Positions 26,482 through 38,599 of a stretch of DNA of 64,000 bases are shown here, piece by piece. The notes under the pieces were generated by a model, which was not told the DNA's origin, did no database searches, and saw only the letters and a program-made list of their open reading frames with translations. Position 1 is the first letter of the stretch. Every line of letters starts with the position of its first letter. Made by a program: the position numbers and the translations under genes. Origin of the DNA: Raillietiella orientalis (lineage: Eukaryota); NCBI GenBank assembly GCA_036172245.1, contig JAYWIR010000068.1, positions 310,001-374,000 on the forward strand. The letters run 5' to 3'.

Positions 26482-27086
26482 GCTCTTCAGCATTGTCCAC
26501 GTTACCCGAGGGTTATGTTCTAACTCCTCAAGATGTAAGGGATACCCTGGGATGGGACCACCCCATCAATCCAGGAAGAGTTCCGGAGAAGAGAGTCCGT
26601 TCCTCCCACGCCTCAGAACCATCCACCCTGGTTGTCCCCGGAGGGACCTCCCGGAGGAAGGGGTCACTCCTCACTTCTTCTTCTTCGGAGGGACCCCCCC
26701 TTCCCCATCCCGGAAAGGATCAGCTCTTTCTTTGTTTCCTCCTCTGAAGAGAATCCCGAAGGGACGCTTTCCGATTTTCTCTGAGGGATCGCTCCCGAAG
26801 GAAGCAGCGCGCTTCTCGACCCTCTGGAGAGCTGTCGATCCGCCAGTCCCATGGTACGAGATGGAGGCGTTCCATGGTAACGGTTCCGTTTGACACCCGG
26901 AGGAAAACTCCGAAGGGCTCTTTGATGTCGAGGAAAGACACCAGAGAGTCGACTTCCAATCCCGGCCACTCATCGGGGATATGTGGAGGTTTCCAACTTC
27001 TTGACAGCGCCGCAAAGCCCGAGTGGACCAACCAGCGCCATCCTGAAAGGGGGACGCGAGACCCACGGCGCGCCCCCATCCCCGAC
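26482..27086 (-). repeat. Dispersed repeat copy B (LTR-like); weaker homology to copy C continues to ~27550
   Basis: Aligns end to end with 18833-19440. The reverse complement of ~27440-27500 resembles 38640-38705. Confidence 0.85.
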
Positions 27087-28084
27087 AAAGCTGGAGAGAA
27101 AGAAGCGAAGCAGAAAAGAACACAAGAGCATTTTCATCATCCAAGAACCACAATAACGACCTCCTTGTTAGGTCACTGTTGGCCCTTTTTTTAAAACAAA
27201 TAATCAAACAAAGAACAAGGCTTAGAACCCACTCCTCTGCAGCCCAAAACCACAGACAATAAGAGGCTGCACTCATATATCTTCCTTTTTTCTATTCACG
27301 ATTGACCTCTGCGGCCCATGTCAGTGGTAGATGCGAAAAAGCCAAGGGAGCCAAATTTTTAGGCTTCCAGAACTTTCCATCTTGCGAAAAGGAAACGAAA
27401 CTGCCAGATGCTGGAGCACGCCATATCCATCCCAGAGTGCTCCACATGGGACCGTTTTAGCTCCTCGCCGCCCTTTCGATCCTGGGTACCCAGTAACTCC
27501 AAGTAGAATGCAAGTTCTCGTATCGGCGGTGGAACTAGGCTGATCGTCGAGGAACTCCCTTAAAGAGAAATGGAGAGCTGCTTCTACGCTTACTATTCTT
27601 GCGTAGCTTCGATTCCTCCAAAGTAGATCACTTCTCCACGGGTAGGACCACGTGCACTGGGACGGTAAACTCGCCGAGCTGACTCAAAAAATCAAGTCGG
27701 ATCGTAGAGACAGTTCCCGATATCCAGAAGTAGCAATTGCCAGTGATCAACGTTTACAAATAGACTCCAACTACCATTCAGTCCGAGGGACCAAATGGCT
27801 GTTGGAATTGCCAAATCGAAATCCTACACAGGTCCGGTCCCTTGAGAAAAGAAACCGACAAAAACTTAAGTCAATAACTAGTCACTTAGACATCACGGCT
27901 TCAAAGTGGAAAGTTTGACGACCGGTAAACAAAAAATTCCAGAAAGTTTCAACACCACAAAAAAAAACTCCATTCCCAATTTTATCAATTATAAAATTCA
28001 AGCATTGTCAAATCTCACTAATTTGCACTGTACTCACCTCCGTACGAACAAAGAGCGGCAACCAGCCTTTAGCTCGTGATCTTG

Positions 28085-28181
28085 NNNNNNNNNNNNNNNN
28101 NNNNNNNNNNNNNNNNNNNNNNNNNNNNNNNNNNNNNNNNNNNNNNNNNNNNNNNNNNNNNNNNNNNNNNNNNNNNNNNNN
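28085..28181. other. Assembly gap (97 N)
   Basis: Run of N. Confidence 1.
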
Positions 28182-29116
28182 CAAAGGAAAACCGCCGATA
28201 CGTTTGGAAGCCATGAAGGTAAAAGTTTTCACCTCAGCAAAAAAATAAAATACAACCCGAACCATGACGGACTGACCACATGCTTGAAAGAGATCAATTG
28301 TTGTAACACAGGTTGTTCGTCATCATCTCCCATCCACCCACTGCTCGAAGAATAAAGAACACAGTACGAAACAAAATGAATGTTTACATGACATGCATTT
28401 AAAGAGAGCGCGCAATACCTAAGCTTGCAATGATTCATTAAAAAGGCAAGTGCGAGAATGTTTCCCATTCGGCGTATTCCCGCATGTTGACAACCAATTA
28501 TGAATTCGAGTTAATTCATTGACATTGAGTCCAACTTTGAGCCACAAGCACGAAAAACAATTTTTGACATTCATTTAGAAATTTGGCGAAGCTATTTTTT
28601 TTTTTTACAGAAAATGTCATCTTCGTAAGGAGATCATAGGACCTGCGAATCGAATTCCATTAATAAGATGCGAACAGCACATTGCATTCGAAATGGAACT
28701 TATGGTATTGCGTGGCGAATGCCATCCTCCACAACCGCCTGTCTCCACTGCTACAGACTCTGGGGAGAGACGAAACGGCAACCGCACTCACGTTCGCAGC
28801 ACACGGCAACCCTGACTGAGGGGCGAGGGCGAGTCCGTCGGAGGCCCCTCGCATCCCAGCAAATGCAGTTTTCACTGCAAAGGGTGAGCCCTGTCGTGTT
28901 TGAGTTGGAACGGAATTCTGCAACAAGTCGGAAATGTTTTAGGCCGTCCTGAAGCTGATGACCGCATGAGCTCTGCTTTTGGAGGTCGTTGAAAACACCG
29001 AGTGCTTCGACTTTTGTACGGATGGACGTAACGAAGTGAGTCCATCGACTGGTGTGTTTCGAAGCCGCCGCGGACGGGCGCGTGCATTCATTTTGTTTTT
29101 CTTTTTCGGAAAGAAA

Positions 29117-29919
29117 ATGGAGGACCCAAATCGGTAAGTCTCCGATCTTTCGGCAAAGGCAACGGGTAGGTCATCTCGGAAGTCGTAAATCGTGAAGAGC
29201 ATGCACGTGGTGCACCCTGCATTGCACTGCATCGCATCGGGCGCGTGTACTGCATGAAAGCCGCTTGTCCAGCGTGACCTCAGGTGTCGCCTTTCGTGCC
29301 TTCAAGCTCTTCTGCCCGAGAACTCCGTTGCTCGCAGGCAACGTGGGCTTTTCTTTGTTCAACCAGATCGAATTCCTCGGTGGAATGCATCAGCTGTTCG
29401 GAAACATACGCGTTCATCCGCACGTGGTTGCGCATCCACAAAAAGGAATCCTTAAGTTGCATGACCAGCAGTGAATGTAACGTATTAAAGGTCACTTGGA
29501 AAAAAACGCGTAACTCGCGCATTGCATCCTAAATGAAAGTTTTTTCACCCGGGTGAGCCGGGGCTACATGCTAAATGAAAGTAGTCCGGTCAGTTTGCTT
29601 ATATGTTTGTCACTGTCGTCGGTGCCGAAGTTTTGGACGTCCGCACAATCAAGCAATCGGTGAATGCAACTTGTTCTTTTGCAGAGAACTGCATGTGCAT
29701 GCTGTGGAAGAATTGCTGAAGGAATCCGAGCAAGCCAAGGAAAGAGCTTCAGTTGTTGGCACTGATGGTTGGAAAAGGAGACCTTTCAGTACCAATAAAA
29801 TGTTTATCAATAATATCCTGAAGAACACACTCAGTGCTAATGCAAGTATTGCAAAGGAAGAAAAGCGATTCAAACAAGCAAGTGGATTGGCTCAAGCACA
29901 CTTTATACAAAAACTTTGA
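29117..29919 (+). CDS. Homologue of the non-polymerase 'POLR1D isoform 2' protein, 83 aa; exons 29117-29133 and 29685-29919
   Basis: ATG GAG GAC CCA AAT CG|gtaagt ... ttttgcag|A GAA gives MEDPNRELHVHAVEELLKESEQAKERASVVGTDGWKRRPFSTNKMFINNILKNTL..., matching my recollection of human MEEDQELERKAIEELLKEAKRGKTRAETMGPMGWMKCPLASTNKRFLINTIKNTL. 252 nt in frame. Confidence 0.85.
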
Positions 29920-29926
29920 AGGAATC

Positions 29927-32900
29927 TTATTCATAATACATGGCAGTAATGCTGTAGAAATGAGATTGCTCTTCAAGTGTAGATAAACGATGATTGATAT
30001 ATTTAATAAATCGTAAAGTGTCCTCGTCGCGATAAACTAGAGCCAAACAGTTTTCATCAGGGGTGATGCGAAGCAGCTGAAAATCCGATCGTTACTGGGA
30101 GATCCTGAGGAATCCTTCTGGGAAATACCTCCTCGGTTTCATTGTTTGCCACATAGGTGACAAAGCCTCCCATCTCCGGAATCCACTTATCACAACAGAA
30201 GAAGGTGACCACATCCAGCACATGCTGTCTGCTTCTCTCATCCTCATCGTGCATTAAAGTATAGCATCCGTGTTGCCACTTTTGAACTTCAAACCAACAC
30301 TTTGGATCTGATTTTCCAAGAAGAAAGATCATGCATTGCGGCCAGGTACACCATACCGGAGTTTTCGTTTCCTCCAGATGCCAAACGGTGCAAGGACAAC
30401 CCAGTTAAATTGGATAAAGTCAGATGAAATGCTTCGGACAAAAAAAAATTCTTTAGCTTTTTCAAAAGGTCAGGATAAGCAGCCTCCTCGCAGGTTTCAT
30501 ATCGCCTGCAAAACCAGAAATCAGAATGAGAACTCGGAATCTCTCCACAGCAATTATTTGACGTGAAAGGAAATTCTGCAGTGAAGACGCTTATTCCATC
30601 CACCCAAATGAGACACAGCATGCACGCCCCAAGTGGTGAGTCGATCCCTACAACCAGCAACTGTTCTTCCTGCTCATGTGGGGTTTGTATCTTCTTGCGT
30701 GGGAGTTGCACTTTGTATATGGCTGCAAACCAAGCCATTCCACAAAACGTTTACAAATATTAGCAACTCCTATCTTGCACGTCTTTTGCATCCAAACAAC
30801 AGCAACTAGCTTTGCAACTTTCTATTCCACGAGCCTTCTACGTCAACATTACATCAGCAACCAGTAGCTACATGTACCTCGACCCTCTAGTTGTGAGTAG
30901 GCAACATTCACGACACTACATCAGCCTTGCTCACACTTGCAATGTATGGGCAGGGTACATCAACCATGAATGTTCCATACTTTGACCGTGTTCAATCCTT
31001 TGCTTTACGGTACAGTCCCATACCTGAACCCTACTTGCATTTTCAGGGAAACCACTCTCAACTACGATACATCCGAGCTCACTGAGCACGAAACTTGGGT
31101 TACCTCAGGTTCGATGGTCCTCTTGTCTTCCAGCAGTCTGCAGGAATCTGCATGATTGCTTCCGATGCACCTTCATACATGTCCCTCACAAAAAAGTCGT
31201 TTAATTGCATTTCCGATGCTTCTTCGAATTTACGCTGAAGTTTCCTCTGCAATTTTCTTTTCAAGTAAGCCGGATTTATCCAACAACGGAATTGTTCTTC
31301 CTGTCAAAGAGAAACTTTTAAGTCCCTGGCATTTGTCCTGTTTCCATGCAAGTTTGCACTTTGTCAACAAGCTGAAACGTTTTCGGTGAGGTACATTTGA
31401 TACGAAAGTTCGTTTTAAAATGAAACTCCATGACCAAGCAGATGCAAGAGTAACATTTTCCATCAGCATGCCATCATCCATTCCCAAAAATTGTTGAAGA
31501 AATTCCCAAGAAAAACGTTAAAAATGCAAGAAACCACCATTGCCTTCGATAATCACTTCAGAAAACCACAGGTGTTGTGCAATCAAAGGTCATCAACTTG
31601 ATTCTGCTGCTCCCCACTATCCAGAAAACCATTTCACATACGACACAAAGTACTTGAGAAGACATGACGAATTGCAATGAAACCCATCAAATTTTGAAAC
31701 GCCCCAGTTGACAAATTCAACTGTCTCATCTCATTAATTCAGGCAACCTGGTTTGGAAAATGCAAGAAATACACAAATCACAAAACAATTCCATCAACAT
31801 GCAGCCTTGTAAAATGACCAGTTCTTGACAGAAAGCCACCGACGAATACGTAGGTCTACAGAAGTAAAACGAATGCCTTGATTCAATGTTCCAGGTGAAA
31901 GTTTCCCAGTACACAACCACAGTTCTTAATGGAAAGCTTCCATACCAAGAAGACAGTCGAATCTGCAAAGATCGATGGGTAGATTCACTGAATTGTGCAA
32001 CTGTCCCAGACTCCTCTTTGCCTTTCGAATCCCTTTGAAGACCAAAAGCACAAATGCCCAAGTGATCATGCACTGGGTAAGGATGGCCAGAATGATGTAT
32101 TATGCGGACAACGAGGAAGGAACTTCATTCCTCTTTGTCTTCCCTTCCTTCCTGTCAACCATCTGAAGTTCTGATGGTTGACAGCTACAAAGCAAACGTG
32201 TATTCATTGCAATGAAGCCATGGCAACCAATTTCCCTGAACACTCATTTCGTAAGCTGTGAAATGCAAACCACTCGAACATCCCATGGATGAAAGTCATC
32301 AATTTCTCCGATGTAGGTGCTTTTGCATGGATTTCATACCTGGATTTCGATTGCCTTTTCCAACAGAGGTGGGGGATCATCAACTATTGTGACATCCTCC
32401 TTTGTGAAACAATGAAACCATCCACTTACAGAGAGACGCACTTTACTTTTGGATAACACTTCACCAACCTATCAGCAGAGCATGAAAACACAAAAAAAAA
32501 CATTTCGTGTGGTGTTACCTGATGAAAGGACTTGGAATTTACTTCGAAAAATAACATCTGGTTATAACGTGGGACTAGAGACTTTACAATTTCCTGCGGT
32601 TCGTTCCTCTCTGAGAATGACATGGTAATTTGCATTGCACAAATCAATTTCACACATTCAAACTCTCAGCTACTGAATCATTGAAGAACATGCATTTTAC
32701 AAACAGAGAAAGTGCATGCTGTGCTACATCCGTCTTTGTTTTTGCTTTTGTGTTTTTGAAACACTTTCATATGCAGTTGTCTATTCACTGCAATCACTAC
32801 TATTTGGATGCTTGCACACCCCAAAAGGGCAAATAAACAACTGAAAAGTTAACAGCAACTTCTAATACGGATGCATTACACTGTGAAGGAAGAGCATCAG

Positions 32901-33888
32901 CACTTACAGTCAACAAGCGAGGCAGGAGCATTAGAAGGAACTGACACTGTATAGGATTCTGGTTCCCCAGGATCAACAAACAAATGCAAAAATGGAGATT
33001 GTCCATACAGAAAAAGAGTACCATTAACTGCAAACATATCAAAGGTTCCTCCATCTTCTGAACACCAATCCTCAGTTAAGTACAGCACGAAAGCTACCTT
33101 CCTATCCTGTAATCTATCATCGTGGCACAATAAGTAATCTACAAGGAAACGGTCCAAGTCAATGTGAAGGCAATTACATTTCAAGCCACGCTCTCATCCC
33201 AATGCAAGAGTTCCCAAACACAAAATCAACACGTTCCAACACTTGCATTGGGAACACAAACCACAACACTCATGCATCCATGCACTCCTTAACCATTACA
33301 GTTTCCAGGCAAGCAGAAGAGGAAAACAACAACACATGCTAGATTATGCTCTGGGCATTACCACAGTAGGAATAGAAGGAAAACGTTGCGTCCACATGCT
33401 CGTTCAGAGGGCACTCTGTAACACTTCTCATCCAATGCAGGAAACTTGTGTGGAAAAATCTATTCAATGCGTTCACTTTAGGGGCTTCGATCTCCTCAAC
33501 ATCCACACTTTGACGGAAGCAATACAAATCATTGTCTCTTTTGGTGCAATTCGCAGCCAAAGCTTCCTCTCTCAAACCCTGTAGGAAGTCCGCCTGTGCA
33601 AGGAAGTCTTGCAAAACGCAGCACTTGAAGGGCTTACTTACAACGACAACTTTTCCATTTGCTAGAATTCCGGTGAGGGTACGCTCCCGAAAACAAAACA
33701 AAACCACATTTACCTAAGGGGACATCCTCGGAATGCTCGTCCACGTGAAGCACCTTCCTCACGGACGCGATGAGCCCAGCATCCAGGTACGAGTCGTTGA
33801 TCCCCACTTCGGATTCAAGGAGTTGGCCGGTGGTGACCCTCTTTGAGGGTGACCTCGCACCGACATACTCCGTGCATTTTCTTTTCAT
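29927..33888 (-). CDS. OGFOD1: Prolyl 3-hydroxylase OGFOD1 (Tpa1/sudestada1 family), 495 aa, 9 exons: 33888-33714, 33661-33362, 33138-33022, 32610-32519, 32468-32340, 31300-31104, 30505-30357, 30307-30129, 30076-29927
   Basis: All introns GT-AG; exons sum to 1488 nt. Motifs NDLYCFRQS, LLCHDDRLQDRKVAFVLYL (HxD), GGTFD, FFEVNSKSFHQVGEV, RLSVSGWFH, WINPAYL, and C-terminal LALVYRDEDTLRFIKYINHR...YYE*. Confidence 0.96.
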
Positions 33889-34424
33889 GGTGCACTTTCA
33901 CGCACGTGCATCCGAGGCGTCACTCGTCGAATCGCTCGTCGCTCGCCGCCACCTGCATTTCCCCGTCCACGTCCTCCGACGGGGGTCCCACGACCACGGA
34001 CACGCACGCTTGGCCCACCACCGGCACTTTGGGCCTTTTGCTTGTGGTCGTCGGGATCACTTCCCCGTGCAGAATCCGGGATGAGCTGAAGCCACTACTT
34101 TCTCCCAGTTTCCAGATTTCCGCCAGCGGGCAAGTGCACGCTGCCCAACCTGCAACAGGTTGCATCCATGCATACCATCGATGACCTGACGCCCTGGGAA
34201 TCGAGAAGGAGAGTTTAGAGAAACGCAGGCATACGAGGCTTTGTCCCGAAATGCTCTCTCTTGGCCCGCATTCGGTAGGTTGATCCGTGATCGAACGGTA
34301 CAGGAAGGGAAAGCATGGTGCCAACACGTTCTTGCAAAGGTTGTTACTGTGCTTTGCATTTGCGAGGTGCAAAGGAGGCACTCACGTGGCAGCTGTTCCG
34401 TTGTCGTGCACGCTCTTTTCCGCA

Positions 34425-36372
34425 TTATGTGTGTTTCTCTGGAAACACTCTCCCTTCATGCCGATTTTCTCCAGTTACCTCCTGAGGGGAAGAGGAAGCT
34501 GCGCTTCTCCTCCAGGATAAGGAGGCGTTTCTTATCCGGTCGTGGTCAACAGCATCTTCGACATTTCGAAGAGCAGTCCGACTCCACTGGCTACAGAGAC
34601 AGTGAGCGGGAAAAAAAACAAAAGGCGGTCCATAACACGGTCTCGCTGGCATGGAACCGATTTTCCTGGATGCGCTCCTCCATTACGGCATGCCCAGTGC
34701 ACATTCTTCGGAAAGAAACAGGTTGCGTATCTATTCGATCCTCTGATGGTTCCCTTTAAAGTAAGAATCAGGCGGTTCCCAAATATATACCATGGTTGAC
34801 GGGTTGGAGAACAACGCCAATCGACGCGGAGCGATGCAACCGCACGCTTTGCATTGCCTCGAATGTCATGGGAGGACCGCGTGCAAGACGTGTGCTGTGC
34901 AAGAAGGAGGCGGAAGACAAAAATCCTTTCTGTTCGAAACGTGCAGTTGCTTCGAAGGAATGGTGGGAAGCACTCGAGCTGTGCGGGTTTTGCTGTGGCT
35001 GCGGACCTTCAAATGGGAGCTGAAATGCGAGAAACTTCCCCTGTCCCTTATCTGCCGGTCCCTCTCCTTCATGGCCAATAACCATCAAAATTGTTTGCTT
35101 GTCGATGTCGAAAGTTCGCAGCTTTATCTGCTGCCTTCGGCGTGGACTTCAGTGTATTTTATCACAGATGGTGCATTCCTTGAGGTATTCTATTGACAAA
35201 CAACGAAGACAAATTTGGAATGTTGTACTGGGAAATATCGAGCTTCGAGAATTTGGCTCTGATCCCATCGAGATTTGGTTGGCTGGATCTGCAGCTGCTG
35301 CTGAAACTTCCTTCCCCCCTCCGGTTTGTTGCCCGGATGCATGTTCTGCACTCTGCATTGGCGTGGAAGTTTTTGAATTCACAATGTGATATAGGTGGAA
35401 GTCTTTCACACACATTCGCAAGGCTTTTTATTCCATGGAAGTTTCGTTCTACATGCCTTCTTCACTTTTCCAATGGCCGTTCAGCTCATTTCAAGAATTC
35501 TGCACTCTTTGCTGCTACCATTTTTGCTGGCCATAGCATCTCTGCTTTTCGGAAAGTGCGCAACTACCGTTCTATGTAAGCTTGAAATCACAAAAAATCA
35601 CGCTGTGTTTTCTAATTTTTTTTTTTTATGTCAGAAGGTCGGTTGACCTTTATGTCATTTATGGAAAGAAGCTTTCGTAAAGAAGCTACGCTCGTCATTC
35701 GAAATTCGAATCGGTTTCGCCGAACTATTTTTGCAGTGGCACCGCTGCTTTCCTTTCGTAAAGACTTCCTTTGGTTTTCTGGCAACGTGTCTAATGGGGC
35801 GCTATCCACTTTATGCCTTAACACCTCTGGATGCTCCTCTTCACCGTGCTTGCAGAAATACTTTTGCGGCACGCGTGTTGAGCATGGGTTTTCCCTTTCG
35901 TTTCCTTGCACCCGGAGGCAATTTTCTCAGATGAAGCGATGTTGTACAGGCAATCATCTCAGCTGTTACGTCTTTTGTTTTCCGGGGTAGTGTGTGGCAG
36001 CCTTGATTCGCCGTTGGCGAAGTCCTTGGAGTCCCACATGTCGGAAGCAGTCTCGATCCCTACTTTTTCGTCAAGTCTCACCTCACTTTTTTCTGTAAAC
36101 GCTGAAACCTGCAGTGACGCACCTTTGGATTATCGGAGACGAAATCCCATCTGGTTTCAATGAACAGAAAGCGGGTTCGAGCATATAGGGATGCTTAATG
36201 TGAAGTGGATGTCCAATGGACGGAGGTCCGTGGCTGGAGAGCCGTTCGTGCAGAGGAAAAACCAGCACCGAACGAAAAGCCCTGAGGCTCGTAGGATGCT
36301 ATGCATGACCTTTTATCGAGCACGTGAGAAAGGATGGCGTAAAGTTGTCGGCAGGAAACTTGGAAAGCTGAA
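34425..36372 (-). other. 3' part of the putative unknown gene (see 53113-56038); its 5' part is missing or decayed in this copy
   Basis: Duplicate of 53113-55058; similarity to copy 2 collapses after 36372. Confidence 0.3.
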
Positions 36373-36986
36373 GGTTACAGGAGGTTGTACGACGTTTGGA
36401 AAGTTGGGTGGCCTCAGCTTACTTGAAATGTTTTGCTGTAGATAGTTACGTGTTTTTAGTGGTGTTGCAGTGCGTAGCTATTAGTGGTTGAATGCCTGAG
36501 TGGTGATGGGGAACGGAATCCAGGGAGATGTAGTTAGCAGAGGAGTGCCTAGTGTAGTTATCTTTTGTATTGCAGCGAAATTAATTAAAAACTGATAATC
36601 ATTGTTCGAATGTTGCTGAGTTATATAGGTTTGATGGTGTATGTAAAAAAATGCCAGGTTCTATTTAGGTGAACTACCAAATTGGCGATTTCATCATGAG
36701 TGAATGAAAGAATGGAATTTGTAAATGTAGGATGATGGAAAGGGTTTTGAACTTAGAGGTGGCCATCGTAGGGATTTGACAGTACGCTATGATTCATTTT
36801 TTAAGTATTGCATGTACAGAATATAATTTATGAAGGGTTATGTGAAATACTGTTTTGATTAGTAAGAGTTTGAAGATTTAAGGTGTGCGAGGTCAGAGCA
36901 TGAGGACGCGTTTGGCAAAAGTCTACTTTAGATAATTCTTAGGGATATTTTCTTCAAAGTGACATAGGGTAGATTCAGATGGCGAT

Positions 36987-37406
36987 TATATCATTTGGCC
37001 AGTGCAGCAATTCCTGTGCATTACACATACAATCCTGTGAAAACAATCAAATCGAATACAATGGGAACTATAAATGTGTTATTTTAATAGTTCATATTAG
37101 AAGCACAGCATAAATATGTACACGCTTGTCTACCTCCTTTGTACGTCTAGTTTCAGAGAGCGAAGGCAACTGTTTTCCTTGATGCACTTGAGAAGGGAGT
37201 GGTGAACCTCCAGGTTCCTCCTCAACCAGAATCCTACTGGAGTCATGTTAACCCTAAAGGTAAATGAACAAACACGAACATGTTTCTGATGTCAATGTTC
37301 TTTTGCTTGCTTTGATAAAAGCAAGAGAGTAGCAGAAGCCTTGGTATATACAGAGAATGCCTGTGTTCATGTAGCTCGAATGTTACACTCATTTGGTGCT
37401 CATGTT
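36987..37406 (+). pseudogene. UXS1: Decayed, intron-containing UXS1 remnant (parts of exons 3-5)
   Basis: Aligns to ~56825-57258 (tatcatttggccagt, aaaacaat(c/t)aaatcgaatacaat, cctcaaccagaatcctactgg, aaagcaagagagtagcagaagc) with indels, lost splice sites and a deletion in exon 5. Confidence 0.9.
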
Positions 37407-37409
37407 TGT

Positions 37410-38000
37410 GCCTTTCCTGCACGCGCTTTCATGCATGCTGCGTTAAAGGATGGTCAGCTCATGAGTGCTCTCTCTCCCGCTCCTTTTTCGGCTTGTGTCC
37501 TGGTGAGTCCAGGACACAAGCCGAAAAATCTGCTGAGACAAACTCTGGAATTCGATCCCACTTTGCCGGGGCTGCTTTCCTTCAGGGAAGCACACCTCCG
37601 CCTACAGATCGTCTCCCCTTGTCTAGATGGGGTCCAGGCTTCGAGCCCAAAGCAGTGGTTGGGTTCCTCTCCGATCTAAAGGATGAGGGAGTTCCTGCGG
37701 AAATCCGCTCCCTACAGCGATGACCTCTCGTCAAAAACGGCGGCGACGACCGTGAGCGTGGAGATTGTTCGAGGAAGGTGCGAAAACGGGAAAACAACAT
37801 GACCCGCGTCGTGCGTCTATTTCTGCCAGTAGGCCACCCAAGGCTCGCAATCCGGGAACGGGAAGCATCACTTCTTCACCGTAAATTCCACCACGTTGTT
37901 CACCACGTCGATCTTCGTAACTGCGTGCATCATGAGGGTTTGCGAAATGGTCCAGTGTGCTTGTAGGGTCCTCACTTGGGAAGTGAACGACAGCACGTTG
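37410..38000 (+). mobile_element. Decayed Ty3/Gypsy integrase core relic
   Basis: IRSHFAGAAFLQG...D...SRW...AVVGFLSDL...EGVPAEIRS, then GHPRLAIRERE. This follows the xHxDFAGP...VD..SKW...GxP..IxSDNG...HPxxNGxAER pattern, with stops and frameshifts. Confidence 0.5.
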
Positions 38001-38599
38001 ATGGTCTTCTTGCCCACCTGGAACGAAGAAGGGCTGGCATGAGGAGCGAGGAACGCGTCATCTGCGGTGGGATGGCCACACGTCTGACCTGACCAGCGAG
38101 ACCAGCAAGGAGAAACGCGCGCTCTCGAGAAGCGCGGTTACGGTTCGCTATCGGGACGGCGTCGTCTCCCGTGCGCCCGGAGCACGAGCCTCTCAGGGAA
38201 AGGGACGGCAGATGGTGGCGACCGCCGCAGAGGGATAACGCGGCGGACGCCATCATCCGCCGTCACGAACGCGCCTCATCGGAAAGGATCGCTCGGAGGA
38301 TTCCCTCTAGCTTGCCTCTCCCCGGTACCCATCGATACGAAACCACGCCTCCCCCCTTGCATCCCGTCTGCGAAACGCGACGCTTTCGCGAAAGCGAAAG
38401 AAAGAGCAAGACGTCCCCTAGAGGCTGACCTTTAGCTGGAGAACGTAATCTTGCGGTTTCATAACAAGTTTGTTCCCATAGGTGAATTCGTACGTTACTG
38501 TGGGCCACAATTTCCAGCTGTCATCCTCAGTCTGCAAGAGATCGGCAGTACGGAGACTTTCCTACAAAACGGCTCACCCCAAACAAGTCGTACAGCTCC

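Larger units (their letters stand above)
28182..36372 (+). repeat. Segmental duplication, copy 1 (~8.2 kb)
   Basis: Near-identical to 46881-55058; offset drifts from 18699 to 18686 through a few indels; the ORF track is duplicated. Confidence 0.98.

Noticed and set aside
28955..28996. Hammerhead-like CTGATGA...GAAA
   Set aside because: Bases after CUGAUGA and before GAAA do not close stem II, and no stem III or cleavage triplet is evident.
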